Below, one piece after another: positions 29,604 to 39,621 of a stretch of 64,000 nt of DNA. The notes under the pieces are model-generated. The model searched no databases and was not told the origin of the DNA. It was given only the letters and a program-made list of their open reading frames with translations. The position numbers and the translations under genes were made by a program. The stretch is from Candidatus Parcubacteria bacterium (GTDB taxonomy: Bacteria; Patescibacteriota; Patescibacteriia; CAIXNZ01). Positions within the stretch are counted from its first letter, which is position 1; the number at the start of each line of letters is the position of its first letter. The stretch covers positions 65,035 to 129,034 of the forward strand of contig JAPLYG010000016.1 in the NCBI GenBank assembly GCA_026395685.1, read 5' to 3'.

Positions 29604-30755
29604 ATGAAAACTTTACAAAAAATCTGCCTGGCCATTGTAAAAATAAAAATTTCCATTTGCTGGCAAATTGGGTGTTTTTTTATTAAACCCAAGGCTGCTG
29701 ATTTACAAAAATTATCAGCTGACGGTCAGTTTAAAAATATTCTGGTTTGCGAATTGAATTTTATCGGCGATGCTTTATTGATCACCCCCTGCCTGCGGCA
29801 GATCAAACAAAATTATCCGCAAAGTAAAATTACTGTTCTAACCGGATTAAAAGCCAGCCAACAACTTTTAACCAATAATCCCAACATTGACCATCTGCTA
29901 ACAGCAAAAAATCATTGGCAGATTTTTATCTTCAGCCTTAAGAATAGAAACAAATTTGATATTTTGCTTGATTTTAGCGCCAACTTTTATAAGGCCTTTT
30001 TGCTTACTTTATCCAATATCCCCTATCGCATCGGAACCAAACCAAAACAAAAAATCCTCCTTAAAAATCGCGACGGCTTTGGCTGGCTTTATACCCATAC
30101 AAAAAACTTTAGCAGCCAGACACACATTGCTGATTATTTTCTAAGCTTGCTTGAATTTTTAGGCAACAATATTCTGGATAATCATCTGGAGATTTATCTG
30201 GATGATAAAGAAAAAAAAGACAGCTTTAAGCTGCTGACAAAATATAATCTAAACGAGAATCAGTTTTTAGTCTTGCATCCCGGGGTAAATGACCAGGGCA
30301 AAGCCTGGAATATTAAAGCCTGGCAGGAACTGGCGCAAAAATTAGTCAGCCAATATAAACTTGTGTTTACCGGCTCAACCGAAGACCAAGATTTGATTGC
30401 TGAAATTTGTCAAGATTTAAAACCCGGACAAGCTCTTAATCTGGCGGGAAAATTAGAAATCAGGCAAACAGCCACCCTGATTTTCCGAGCGCAGGCTTTT
30501 ATTGGCGTTGATACAGGGCCATTACATATTGCAGTCAGCTTTAATAAACCGATTGTTGCTATTTTTAATACCACTCACCCGCAAAACTATTTGCCCAGCC
30601 GCAATAATATTGAAATTCTGAATACCCCGGAAAAATGCAAACAGCATTTTACTTTAAATTACATCAAAACCAAAAGACAGTATAAACAAAATGAATGTTC
30701 TCAAATAATCAAGCCGCAGCAAGTACTTGAGGCTTTGGAAAAGCTGGAAAAATAA
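29604..30755 (+). CDS. Glycosyltransferase family 9 (heptosyltransferase-like)
   Basis: IGDALLITP, LVLHPG, FIGVDTGPLHIA. Confidence 0.9.
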   Translation: MKTLQKICLAIVKIKISICWQIGCFFIKPKAADLQKLSADGQFKNILVCELNFIGDALLITPCLRQIKQNYPQSKITVLTGLKASQQLLTNNPNIDHLLTAKNHWQIFIFSLKNRNKFDILLDFSANFYKAFLLTLSNIPYRIGTKPKQKILLKNRDGFGWLYTHTKNFSSQTHIADYFLSLLEFLGNNILDNHLEIYLDDKEKKDSFKLLTKYNLNENQFLVLHPGVNDQGKAWNIKAWQELAQKLVSQYKLVFTGSTEDQDLIAEICQDLKPGQALNLAGKLEIRQTATLIFRAQAFIGVDTGPLHIAVSFNKPIVAIFNTTHPQNYLPSRNNIEILNTPEKCKQHFTLNYIKTKRQYKQNECSQIIKPQQVLEALEKLEK

Positions 30756-30864
30756 ATGATCTCTTATAATAGGATACCTACGGCAAAATAGCTGGCGGTA
30801 TTTATGTTACAGGCTACGACCGCGATAGCGGTTAATTAAAACTAACGAACCTAAACGTTTTTAT

Positions 30865-30990
30865 CCCTCCCTGGGGGCTTGGGGGTGCGAACTAAGCGTC
30901 AAGTTCAAAGTTACGAACAAACCATCTGCACTAGCGCATTGAGCACCCCCAAAACTTTTTTGATTACTTTTTTAGTTATAAAAAAGTAAG
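30865..30990. repeat. Dispersed structured repeat, copy 2
   Basis: ggggcttgggggtgcgaactaagcg...tgcactagcgcattgagcaccccca + tactttttt..aaaaaagta. Confidence 0.75.
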
Positions 30991-30997
30991 ATGCCGA

Positions 30998-31033
30998 CCT
31001 ACGTCGGCCGAAGCCGACTTCGGTCGGCGCAGG
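30998..31033. repeat. GC-rich imperfect palindrome (mini-insert)
   Basis: cctacgtcggccgaag-ccga-cttcggtcggcgcagg. Confidence 0.6.
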
Positions 31034-31229
31034 CCGGAGGCAGAATTTATTAGATTTTCGTCTAAAGCTACTTTTTTTTCCTAAACTTTTTTATATATTT
31101 AATGTATTATAACTTGCTGATCCACAAGCTTCATTCTAAACACACACGCCTGCTACGCAGGAGAATTTTCAAGTAAAAACAAAGGCAACACAATCTTGTG
31201 CCGCCTATATTGTTATTTCATGTATCTTT

Positions 31230-32450
31230 TTATTTAAGTAATTGTTTATATATTTTAATAATCTCAGCAAGATGCTTTTGCGGATCGCAGTTTGTTTCCA
31301 CCCAACGGCGGCAATTTTCGCCAATTACTTTAAGTTCAGCATCATTATTATAAAGACTTTTAATTTTATCGGCTAAATCATAATCATCCCCGGGAACAAA
31401 AACCAATCCGGTTTTATTGTCTTTAACCAGCTCGGGAATGCCTCCCAAATCAGAACCGATCACCGGCTTACCAAGAGCAAAAGCCTCTAATATCGCCAGC
31501 GGATTATTTTCATACCAAAGCGAAGGGGCAATTACAATTTTTGACTGGCTGATCAAATCCATTAATTCCTGCCCTGATTTATAACCAATCATTTTTATAT
31601 TTTCCAGATTATGGTCTTTAAGATACTGCCTAATTTCAGCCTCAATCGGCCCAGTGCCTATAATGGTCAATTTTATCTCCGGCAAGCTTTTACAGGCCTC
31701 TAAAAGCGTAAAAATGCCCTTTTCCGGGCTCAAACGCCCGATATAGCATATTCCCTCCCCCAATTTATTCTGGGGCTTAAATCGCGTCAAATCAAAGGAA
31801 TAATAAAGCTGCTTTATTTTTTGTTCTGGCAAATGCCAGTCTTTGATTTTTTGGGCTAAAAATTTGCTGGGAGCAATAAATATCTTGACCTGGTTATAAC
31901 TTTTTAAAATTATTTTGTGTCCGTACATTTCCAGCATTGCCAAAAAGCTTAAACTGCCTGAATTTTTTAAACACCTGTATTTCCAGCAATTATAATATTT
32001 ATGGACCTTGCATCGTTCACAAACTTCGCCCTGAGTAAAAAGCTGATAATTAGGACAAATCGCCTTATAATCATGCAGTGTCCAGACAACCGGAATTTTA
32101 TGCTTTTTTAAAACTCCTAAAATTGAGGGGGTGAGCTGAAAATTAAAATTATGCAGATGAGCAATGTCAGGCTTTTCTTCCCTGATTAATTTGCCCAGTT
32201 TCTTTTTGGCTTCACAAGAATAAAGCAAATGCAGAGCTTTTTTCAGATCCTTAAACCAGCCTTCGCGTTTATCAAAATTTATATTTTTTATAAAATACCG
32301 GCTGTATTTGGAATTCCTGTTTTTTTCATCCTGCATGGAAAATTCAATAACTTCATGTCCAGCTTTTTTCAATAACTCGGACAAGGCAAAAAAATAGGTT
32401 TCGCTTCCGCCCTTGGGATAAAAAAATTTATTAATCTGGAGAATCTTCAT
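31230..32450 (-). CDS. Glycosyltransferase family 4
   Basis: KGGSE, WTLHDYKAICPNY, GRLSPEKG, PSLWYENNP. Confidence 0.9.
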   Translation of the reverse strand: MKILQINKFFYPKGGSETYFFALSELLKKAGHEVIEFSMQDEKNRNSKYSRYFIKNINFDKREGWFKDLKKALHLLYSCEAKKKLGKLIREEKPDIAHLHNFNFQLTPSILGVLKKHKIPVVWTLHDYKAICPNYQLFTQGEVCERCKVHKYYNCWKYRCLKNSGSLSFLAMLEMYGHKIILKSYNQVKIFIAPSKFLAQKIKDWHLPEQKIKQLYYSFDLTRFKPQNKLGEGICYIGRLSPEKGIFTLLEACKSLPEIKLTIIGTGPIEAEIRQYLKDHNLENIKMIGYKSGQELMDLISQSKIVIAPSLWYENNPLAILEAFALGKPVIGSDLGGIPELVKDNKTGLVFVPGDDYDLADKIKSLYNNDAELKVIGENCRRWVETNCDPQKHLAEIIKIYKQLLK

Positions 32451-32476
32451 ATTTAAAAATTCAAATTAACTTTAAA

Positions 32477-33226
32477 TTAATCTTTTGTGCCAATAGCAAA
32501 AATCATCTCATCCACTATTTTTGGCACTGGCGTAAAATTCACCCAAAAACGAAATTTCCAACAGGCATTAGATATTTTTTGCAGTAAAAAGCGCAGTATA
32601 CGAGAAAGAGTATTTAAAGGCATAGCAAACGGCTTAATTTCAACTTCACTAAAACCTGAGACCGTTAAAACTTGATTAAGGCTGAATTCTGTAAAACCGA
32701 CTTCATGGGTAAAATCAGAATAACGCATCCGCGCCCCGGTAATTGACGCCAAGTTATTGGTTTTAATAAGCAAACGGCCGCCCTTTTTTAAAGCCGCATA
32801 AATTATCTCCAAATCCGTAATTATTTCATTTTTAGGCAAATGCTCGATAACATCATTTAAAACAACTAAATCGTAGATATTATTTTTATTGCGTAAAAAT
32901 TCCGCCAAAGAACTGATTTCCTCCACTTTGTCAGTCACATTCTGTTTGCAAATATTTAGCATTTGCTCGCTGATATCAATTCCTAAAAAATTTTTATAGC
33001 CCTTTTCTTTAAGCCATGATAAAAACTGCCCCAGGCCGCAGCCAATATCTAAAATGGCGACTTTTTTATCTTCAGGCAAAAAATTTTTATAATTCCATTC
33101 ATAAGTTTGCGCCATATTCCGCAGATTAGCTTCAAAAGAGCCGAACTCTTTAACCGAGGTCATGCCGCTGGAATGAAATTGATTGAATATTTTTTCATTT
33201 TTATTAGCCATATATTTAAATAACAT
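32477..33226 (-). CDS. Class I SAM-dependent methyltransferase
   Basis: ILDIGCGLG, DVIEHL, LKKGG. Confidence 0.88.
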   Translation of the reverse strand: MLFKYMANKNEKIFNQFHSSGMTSVKEFGSFEANLRNMAQTYEWNYKNFLPEDKKVAILDIGCGLGQFLSWLKEKGYKNFLGIDISEQMLNICKQNVTDKVEEISSLAEFLRNKNNIYDLVVLNDVIEHLPKNEIITDLEIIYAALKKGGRLLIKTNNLASITGARMRYSDFTHEVGFTEFSLNQVLTVSGFSEVEIKPFAMPLNTLSRILRFLLQKISNACWKFRFWVNFTPVPKIVDEMIFAIGTKD

Positions 33227-33234
33227 TTAGTAAA

Positions 33235-34599
33235 TTAGCTCAAATATCTGACTTTATATAATTTTAAAGTAGCCAAGGCCAAGCCAACCGGCAGCCAGGT
33301 TTTTACAATATAATAGCTGGTGCCGAATAATTGAAAAATAAAAACTCCGATAACAGCCAGAAAAAATCCCAAGATGACCCAGGAATATTCGGCCTTGGCA
33401 TTTTGCTGGTAAGCTTTATAAATAATATAAATAAAGTAAAAGATCAAAAAGCAAAAGCAGGCAGTGCCTACAAAACCAGTTTCTGCCAAATTTTTAAAAA
33501 TAAAACCGTGAGAATCCAAGGCTGAGCCGTATTCAATGATATACCATTTAACCTGGGACATTATTTGGGTAAAGATACCAACACCGCTGCCAAATAAAGG
33601 ATATTTTCTAAAGAGCATAAACGACACTTCAATCAGTTTTAAACGATTTAAAGTCGCGCTTTCCGTAATACCGGCCTGCGTTAATTTATACATTAAAAAT
33701 ATGGCCGGGATCAATACAATTGCTAAAAGATATAAAGCAGCCGGACTTAATATTTTCTTCATCTGCTGGCGATATTTGAGCCAGACCAAAATCGCCAGTT
33801 GCACACCCAATGCTATCCAACCGGAACGAGATAAAGTCAGTAAATTTATGCCTGCCATCAGTATTGCGCCGCTCAGATAAATATTTTTCCAAAATATATT
33901 TTTCTCCTGCCAGAATAAAATCAAAGCCATGGGAATCAGGAAAATAAACACTTCTGATAAAAGATTATGATTTTGCCCCAGAGGATAAACGCCTAAAATC
34001 GAAATCGGCAAAACGCGCCTGGCGCCGACTACGGGCGGGAAAAGAAGCGACCAGACACCGGTAAATGCCAGGGTGACCCCCAAAACAAATAAAATCTGCA
34101 AAACATTTTTCAGCTTTTTCAAAGTATCAACCAGATTAAAAGGCAAAACAACAAACATCAGATAGAAAAAAATTATCGGCCGCAATAAATATTTCAGACA
34201 AAAACTAAAATATTCATGTTCAACATTCAATAAAGACAAAAAGCAGGCAATCACATAAAGTGCCATAAAAAACAGACCCGGAAACATTTTCAGGGTGAGA
34301 GGCTCTCTTTTCTCCATAAATGACTGGCGAATCATCCAGGCGATAAAAAGCATTAAGGCAACAAGGTCAACATAGGGTACATTTAAATCACCATAGACAA
34401 ATTCTAAATAGGTAAAAGGAAACAATAAGGCAATCAGATAAATCCCGACCTGCGGGTAGCGTACCAATAAAGTAACCGCTAAGATAAGGGCGATAAAAAC
34501 CAAAATATAATATAAAGGCAAATCAGCCTGAGAAAACCCCATGCTAATAAATCCTGACAGCAACAATAAGCCAATTAGTATTTTTTTTATTCCAGACAT
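33235..34599 (-). CDS. O-antigen ligase/Wzy polymerase family protein
   Basis: LTLSRSGW, PLFGSGVG, H..LAETGFVG, many TMs. Confidence 0.85.
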   Translation of the reverse strand: MSGIKKILIGLLLLSGFISMGFSQADLPLYYILVFIALILAVTLLVRYPQVGIYLIALLFPFTYLEFVYGDLNVPYVDLVALMLFIAWMIRQSFMEKREPLTLKMFPGLFFMALYVIACFLSLLNVEHEYFSFCLKYLLRPIIFFYLMFVVLPFNLVDTLKKLKNVLQILFVLGVTLAFTGVWSLLFPPVVGARRVLPISILGVYPLGQNHNLLSEVFIFLIPMALILFWQEKNIFWKNIYLSGAILMAGINLLTLSRSGWIALGVQLAILVWLKYRQQMKKILSPAALYLLAIVLIPAIFLMYKLTQAGITESATLNRLKLIEVSFMLFRKYPLFGSGVGIFTQIMSQVKWYIIEYGSALDSHGFIFKNLAETGFVGTACFCFLIFYFIYIIYKAYQQNAKAEYSWVILGFFLAVIGVFIFQLFGTSYYIVKTWLPVGLALATLKLYKVRYLS

Positions 34600-34601
34600 A
34601 A

Positions 34602-35582
34602 TTATAAGTTAACGCCAAAAATCTTAGCTTTAATAATCCAGCCAATGACCCGGGGCGCGTGTCTTTCCATTGCATAACGCGCCGTGCACATCATCCAGTT
34701 CTGATTTATTTTTTCCAAAGAAATCGCCTCTTGGGAGACTTTACTGTAATATAAGTCGCTAAAATTATTAAATTCTTTTAAATTACCCATAATATGGCCA
34801 GAAACATCAGCAGGATAGACATTGCCCAGCGGATCAATAAAAATATTATCCTGGCCCGAATAATTAGGCAGTAAACGCTTGCCCGTAGCTAAAAACTTGT
34901 ATAAAGCATAGGCAAAATAAGCACGCAGCCAGCGCTTTACATTCCAGGTGTTCAATTCTTCCTTAATCAGCAGGCCAAACTCCTGCCTGAATTCTTCCAG
35001 CTTAGTTATCTTATTGTCTGTGGTATTAAAATAATTTTCCGCATTATGTATGGCTGCCAAAGTAAATTCAGTGCCTAATTCTTGGGATAACTGATAAACC
35101 TTATATAACTGGTCAATATTATAATCCCCTGCCGTATAGGCTAAGCGGATATTTTTCACGCCCAAAGCTTTTAATTCTTTGATTGTTGCCAAGACTTTTT
35201 GAAAACCGCCCGGTATGCCGCGAATTTGGTCATGGATTTCGCCAATCCCGTCAACTGAAATACCAATGCCAATCTCCGGCTTAATTTTTAAAATCTCCTG
35301 CATTTTTGCCTTGATTAATTCTGTAGCAAAGCCATTACTGGAAATAACTATTCTGGCTTGCGGATTTTTGGCTACCAATAACTTAATCAGATCCACCAGA
35401 TCAGGCCGTAAAAACGGCTCGCCTCCGCTGATATTTATATCTTTAAAGCTAGCCGGTAATTTTTCATATTCTGACAATGCTAAAACAGGCAAAGGTTCAC
35501 TTTTCCAGATATTGCACATCCGACATTTGGAATTGCAATTGTATGTGACTGCGAGAACTAAATCTCGGGGTAATTTGGACAT
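34602..35582 (-). CDS. Radical SAM protein
   Basis: CNSKCRMC motif, ISGGEPFLR. Confidence 0.9.
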   Translation of the reverse strand: MSKLPRDLVLAVTYNCNSKCRMCNIWKSEPLPVLALSEYEKLPASFKDINISGGEPFLRPDLVDLIKLLVAKNPQARIVISSNGFATELIKAKMQEILKIKPEIGIGISVDGIGEIHDQIRGIPGGFQKVLATIKELKALGVKNIRLAYTAGDYNIDQLYKVYQLSQELGTEFTLAAIHNAENYFNTTDNKITKLEEFRQEFGLLIKEELNTWNVKRWLRAYFAYALYKFLATGKRLLPNYSGQDNIFIDPLGNVYPADVSGHIMGNLKEFNNFSDLYYSKVSQEAISLEKINQNWMMCTARYAMERHAPRVIGWIIKAKIFGVNL

Positions 35583-35589
35583 AGTTTAT

Positions 35590-35700
35590 TAGTCGTTCGT
35601 TATACAATTACGATAAATCGTTACGTTTTTCGTCCTACGATGGGCGTTACATTAAACGTTAAACGTCTGACGTAACGAACTTCGATGCCATTAAACGATT
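35590..35700. repeat. cgtt/aacg fold-back microsatellite (family G)
   Basis: tcgttcgtt..atcgttacgtt.. followed by aaacgttaaacgt..gtaacgaac..aaacga. Confidence 0.55.
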
Positions 35701-35799
35701 AAATTAATTATATCATATTTTCGCTAAATCTTCATTCAAAGATTCAATAGAAACAAATCATCCCGAACCTACAAGGTACGGGACGATATATTAATTGAT

Positions 35800-35893
35800 G
35801 GCATAGTATTTAGGTAAAGAAATTAACGGATTCAAGTGCCAGTGCAATGTATTACTTTGCACTAGCTAGCATCCTAATCTTAACCCAGCCACT
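35800..35893. repeat. Family B fold-back element (degenerate)
   Basis: taggtaaaga..agtgc.. / gcactagctagcatcctaatcttaaccc. Confidence 0.55.
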
Positions 35894-36679
35894 TTATTTC
35901 AAATGATCATGCATAGTTATAATTTTGGTGTTTTTTTGTTTGGCAGCATATTCAGCATCAAAACCAAAAGATTTGTCCTCAAGCAGGGTTGAATCCATAT
36001 TATTCCCCTGCTGGTCATTTTGAGTATATACTTTGTGAGGATGATAAGCTGTTTGCTGATATCTTTGCATTCTGCGGGAAGCGCGTAAAATCACATAATA
36101 ACTGCCGATTACCAAGCCGGCAATCAAAGCAACAATAAGATTTAAAGCAACATTGGGTCTGACCGGATATTTACTGATAAAAACATCATCAACTACTTTG
36201 ATTTCCACATCAGTACCGCCGCCATGATAATCTGAACCTTTATTAACCAAAACATAAGCAATCGTTTTAACTAATTGAGACGCGAGACCGCGATCAACAT
36301 CATAAACAGTAATTTCCAAAATACCTGATTCAGGGATAACATCAGCTTCTATATTTTTCTTCCAGGCCTTACGTCTTTCAGTTGGATCTGAAGGAAATTT
36401 AGAGGTAAGCTCGCTGTTTGTTTCCAAAACTTCATTATAAAAGACAGAAGTATAGATAATGCTTGCTAAATTCTTACCGATTCTTTCTGCTGATTTGGTG
36501 GCAGTATAAGCATCTAAATTTTGCTCCTGCTTTTGAATAATTAAAATTTTTGTAGAAGCAGAATACTGAAAAGGTGAAAATAAACTTACAACTAACGCAA
36601 TAACAATCGCCAAGCCAGTAAACAAAGCGATTAATTCCCAATTCTTGCTTAATATCTTAAAATATTGAACATTCTCCAT
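35894..36679 (-). CDS. Wzz/CapA-like chain-length determinant
   Basis: TM, YSASTKILI, PVRPNVALNL second TM. Confidence 0.85.
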   Translation of the reverse strand: MENVQYFKILSKNWELIALFTGLAIVIALVVSLFSPFQYSASTKILIIQKQEQNLDAYTATKSAERIGKNLASIIYTSVFYNEVLETNSELTSKFPSDPTERRKAWKKNIEADVIPESGILEITVYDVDRGLASQLVKTIAYVLVNKGSDYHGGGTDVEIKVVDDVFISKYPVRPNVALNLIVALIAGLVIGSYYVILRASRRMQRYQQTAYHPHKVYTQNDQQGNNMDSTLLEDKSFGFDAEYAAKQKNTKIITMHDHLK

Positions 36680-36838
36680 ATAATTTGTTAGATAATAATA
36701 TTAATTGGATAATATCATAATATTGGAAGTTTGTCAAGGTTGTGTCCTAATTATACTTATCTTTTATTTCCAAATCATTGCTCTTTTTAACAAAAATAAA
36801 ATCCGCCCAAAGGAGGATTTTATTTAAAATTAGCAAAT

Positions 36839-37987
36839 TTATTTCAACTTGATATTTACTTCTTCCTCTTTATCCTCGCGCCAATATTTTATGCGTACCT
36901 CCTGCCCTGTCTTATAACTTAATAATAAATCATTTAAATCAATATTAGCATCCAAATTATTATTTTCCAGGCTTAAAATAATATCGCCCTTTACCACCTT
37001 ACCAGCCAAAGGGCTGTCCTCTTCCAGTGACCAGACATAAGCGCCCTTGGGAGAATTGGGATTAGCCAAAAATTCGCTGTTATAAGCCACTCTAAATAAA
37101 TTTATGTAATTTAGTCCCAGATACGGCCTATTTATCTTTTCTCCTTTTAATATCTGGCTCATAATCTGCATAAAATAATTAGCCGGTATTACCCGACTGC
37201 CTGATGAACCAAGCTGCTGATCCCAAAACCCGATAATAGATCCTTCCAAATTAAAGACCGGGCTGCCTGCCAAATTAACGGGTAATTGCTTATTTATCAA
37301 TACATATTTATTTATCTCTTCACTATTGATAATAAGAATATTTTTATCTGCAGTTGACCGGTATCCGCGATCAAGGATATTAGCCAAGTGGACTTGATTA
37401 TTAAAATTATCAATTACAAAGACCTGCTGTCCCGGCACAATATTTTGGGCGTCCGCCAGCTTCACGACCGGTAAATTCTGGGCATTTATTTTAATAAAAA
37501 CGCAATCCGTCGGCACATCTTTTACCAATTTTTCAATCTGATATACTTTATTATTATATAAAATTACCATATCCTCCTGAGCCCTGCTGGCGCTAGAAGT
37601 TGAGGTAATCAACCAACCATCGCTGGTCAGTACAAAAGCCTGACCCAACATATCATCAGCTAGAAAAACATTGTCTGTTATAGTTTTTCCCAATTTTTTA
37701 TTTTTAAACAAACTAAGGACTGTCGGCTGAATTTCACTTACCAGTTGCTTAAGCCTTAAATCCTGTTCCACAACTACCTTTTTGGGGTCATTAATAATCA
37801 ATTCCCTATCGCCCAAATCATTAGAGCCGCTAAAGTAAAAATCGCTGAAGATATCGAGTTTAGACAGGTATGCCCTGGTAAAAATTTCGCCAAAAATACC
37901 GGCGACAAAGCTTAATAAAATCAACAAACCCAACAAAAGCAGCTTATTTCTTAATAGTTTTGGCGCTGTAGATTGTTTTTGTTCCAT
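36839..37987 (-). CDS. HtrA-like trypsin fold plus PDZ protein lacking catalytic His/Ser
   Basis: GQAFVLTSDGWLITS, LAGSPVFNLEG, RPYLG, GDIILS. Confidence 0.8.
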   Translation of the reverse strand: MEQKQSTAPKLLRNKLLLLGLLILLSFVAGIFGEIFTRAYLSKLDIFSDFYFSGSNDLGDRELIINDPKKVVVEQDLRLKQLVSEIQPTVLSLFKNKKLGKTITDNVFLADDMLGQAFVLTSDGWLITSTSSASRAQEDMVILYNNKVYQIEKLVKDVPTDCVFIKINAQNLPVVKLADAQNIVPGQQVFVIDNFNNQVHLANILDRGYRSTADKNILIINSEEINKYVLINKQLPVNLAGSPVFNLEGSIIGFWDQQLGSSGSRVIPANYFMQIMSQILKGEKINRPYLGLNYINLFRVAYNSEFLANPNSPKGAYVWSLEEDSPLAGKVVKGDIILSLENNNLDANIDLNDLLLSYKTGQEVRIKYWREDKEEEVNIKLK

Positions 37988-37996
37988 ATAATTAGA

Positions 37997-38770
37997 TTAA
38001 ACCCAATGTGAAGTTAATAAAATAACGATTATTAATAAAATGCTTATTATTATATAGCGCAATAATATCTTTTTGTCCAGCCCCTGTACTATTTTTGCCC
38101 GAAGCGTGCCTAAGACAAAATAGTAAATTATCGTTAAGATCATCGCAGCGACATAAAAATTAATGGGCAGAAAAGAAATAGCCCAAAAAAATTCCATCAC
38201 CATAACCAAGATAACCAAAACATAAACCCAGCGGATCGGCTTATTTATTTTTAAAATCCAAAAAAGCTGAACGAGAATCAAAAAGGTAATAGCCAACAAA
38301 ATCAAAATCAATAACCATAAATAATAATTCAATAAACTGTTGATGGCATTCAAATCTAAAACTATTAAGAAAAAAATCATCAGATTATAAAAAGAAGCGG
38401 TATTTTCCAGCGAATTTACCTGGTAGCTGCTGCGATTATAATAAAATAAGAATAAATTCTCAAAATAAGCATAGGTTATAAGCGCAAATAAGACTGCAAC
38501 TAAATGGCGCAATATCCCGGGGCTCAAAATCAAAATAAAATTACAGACTGCCAAGTAAAGCAACAGCGGCAAAATTGCCAAGCCCCAAAAATTCTTTGTC
38601 CGTACTTTTTCTTTGATGATCACTTTCAAACTTATCAGCAAAACACAAAACAAGGCACCCAAAATACCGAAAACAAAGCGCGGATCGCGATAAAAATAAT
38701 TCAAAGACTCAAAAGCTAAAAAAGACAATATCGGAGTAGTAATAATAATTATTCTTCTAAAAAATATCAT
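37997..38770 (-). CDS. Multi-pass membrane protein
   Basis: 257 aa, ~8 hydrophobic segments. Confidence 0.75.
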   Translation of the reverse strand: MIFFRRIIIITTPILSFLAFESLNYFYRDPRFVFGILGALFCVLLISLKVIIKEKVRTKNFWGLAILPLLLYLAVCNFILILSPGILRHLVAVLFALITYAYFENLFLFYYNRSSYQVNSLENTASFYNLMIFFLIVLDLNAINSLLNYYLWLLILILLAITFLILVQLFWILKINKPIRWVYVLVILVMVMEFFWAISFLPINFYVAAMILTIIYYFVLGTLRAKIVQGLDKKILLRYIIISILLIIVILLTSHWV

Positions 38771-39524
38771 TGAGGGTATTTATATTAAAAATTTTGATTT
38801 TTAAAGTAGCCTTTTTATCCGCTAAAACAAAGCCTTCGACCTGAAAAGCGCCTTGTGTGACTGCCAACGCTGAATTCAGGGAATTTGTCAGTACATTTTC
38901 CACTAAAATTGAACCGCAAAATTTTGGTAAAGAAAGATCTCCCAGTTTAAAGCTATCCACCTTTATGGCTAACTTATTTTGAATAATTTCCGGTATAAAA
39001 TTCAGAGTAAAAATCCAATTTTCAGGGTCATTGGCGACCAAAAATAATTGCATATAATCAGGCGAAACAGCGATTTGCCACGATTTAACCTTCGAATCGA
39101 CTACTTCATTGGACTTTTCCCAGGTATTTAATAAGGCAGTTAATTCCTGTTCGCTCAAATCCAGGCTAATCATAATATTTTCAGTGCTTTGCCTTTTAAG
39201 TGCTTCAGCCCTGGCCAATTGCGATATTCTATTGGCAAGTGCTTTTTCATCGAATGATATTTTGGCAACTTCATAAACCGGCTCAGGCTGGTGATAAAAA
39301 TAAGCGCTGAAAACCGGAATCTGAGCAACGCCGCTTTTAGCCGCCAAATATCCGGCTAAAACAGCCAGACTTAAAACAACCAGCAACAAACCGAACAAGC
39401 ATGTGCCGCAATTAACAAACTTTTTGCTTTGCTTTTTTTTCAGCTGTTTCTTTAAATGCTCAATCTCGCTCATCATTCCATCAAGCGCTTGCCCCTGATT
39501 ATTTTCATTTTCGATTCTGGTCAT
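38757..39524 (-). CDS. Membrane-anchored hypothetical protein
   Basis: Single TM, overlaps downstream gene. Confidence 0.7.
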   Translation of the reverse strand: MTRIENENNQGQALDGMMSEIEHLKKQLKKKQSKKFVNCGTCLFGLLLVVLSLAVLAGYLAAKSGVAQIPVFSAYFYHQPEPVYEVAKISFDEKALANRISQLARAEALKRQSTENIMISLDLSEQELTALLNTWEKSNEVVDSKVKSWQIAVSPDYMQLFLVANDPENWIFTLNFIPEIIQNKLAIKVDSFKLGDLSLPKFCGSILVENVLTNSLNSALAVTQGAFQVEGFVLADKKATLKIKIFNINTLNDIF

Positions 39525-39540
39525 ATTATTTGGGTGAATT

Positions 39541-39611
39541 TAACCACTGATTTATACTCGCAGATTACTCTGATATCGATTCGTGTTATCGGTGAACAAA
39601 AATCCGCGGTT
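39541..39611. repeat. Family D fold-back element
   Basis: aaccactgatt..cgcagattactctgat ... attcgtgttatcggtg..aatccgcggtt. Confidence 0.6.
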
Positions 39612-39621
39612 TCGAATTCCT

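Noticed and set aside
30756-30840. Possible riboswitch after GT9
   Set aside because: Only a small accgc/gcggt hairpin; no consensus match and it lies 3' of convergent genes
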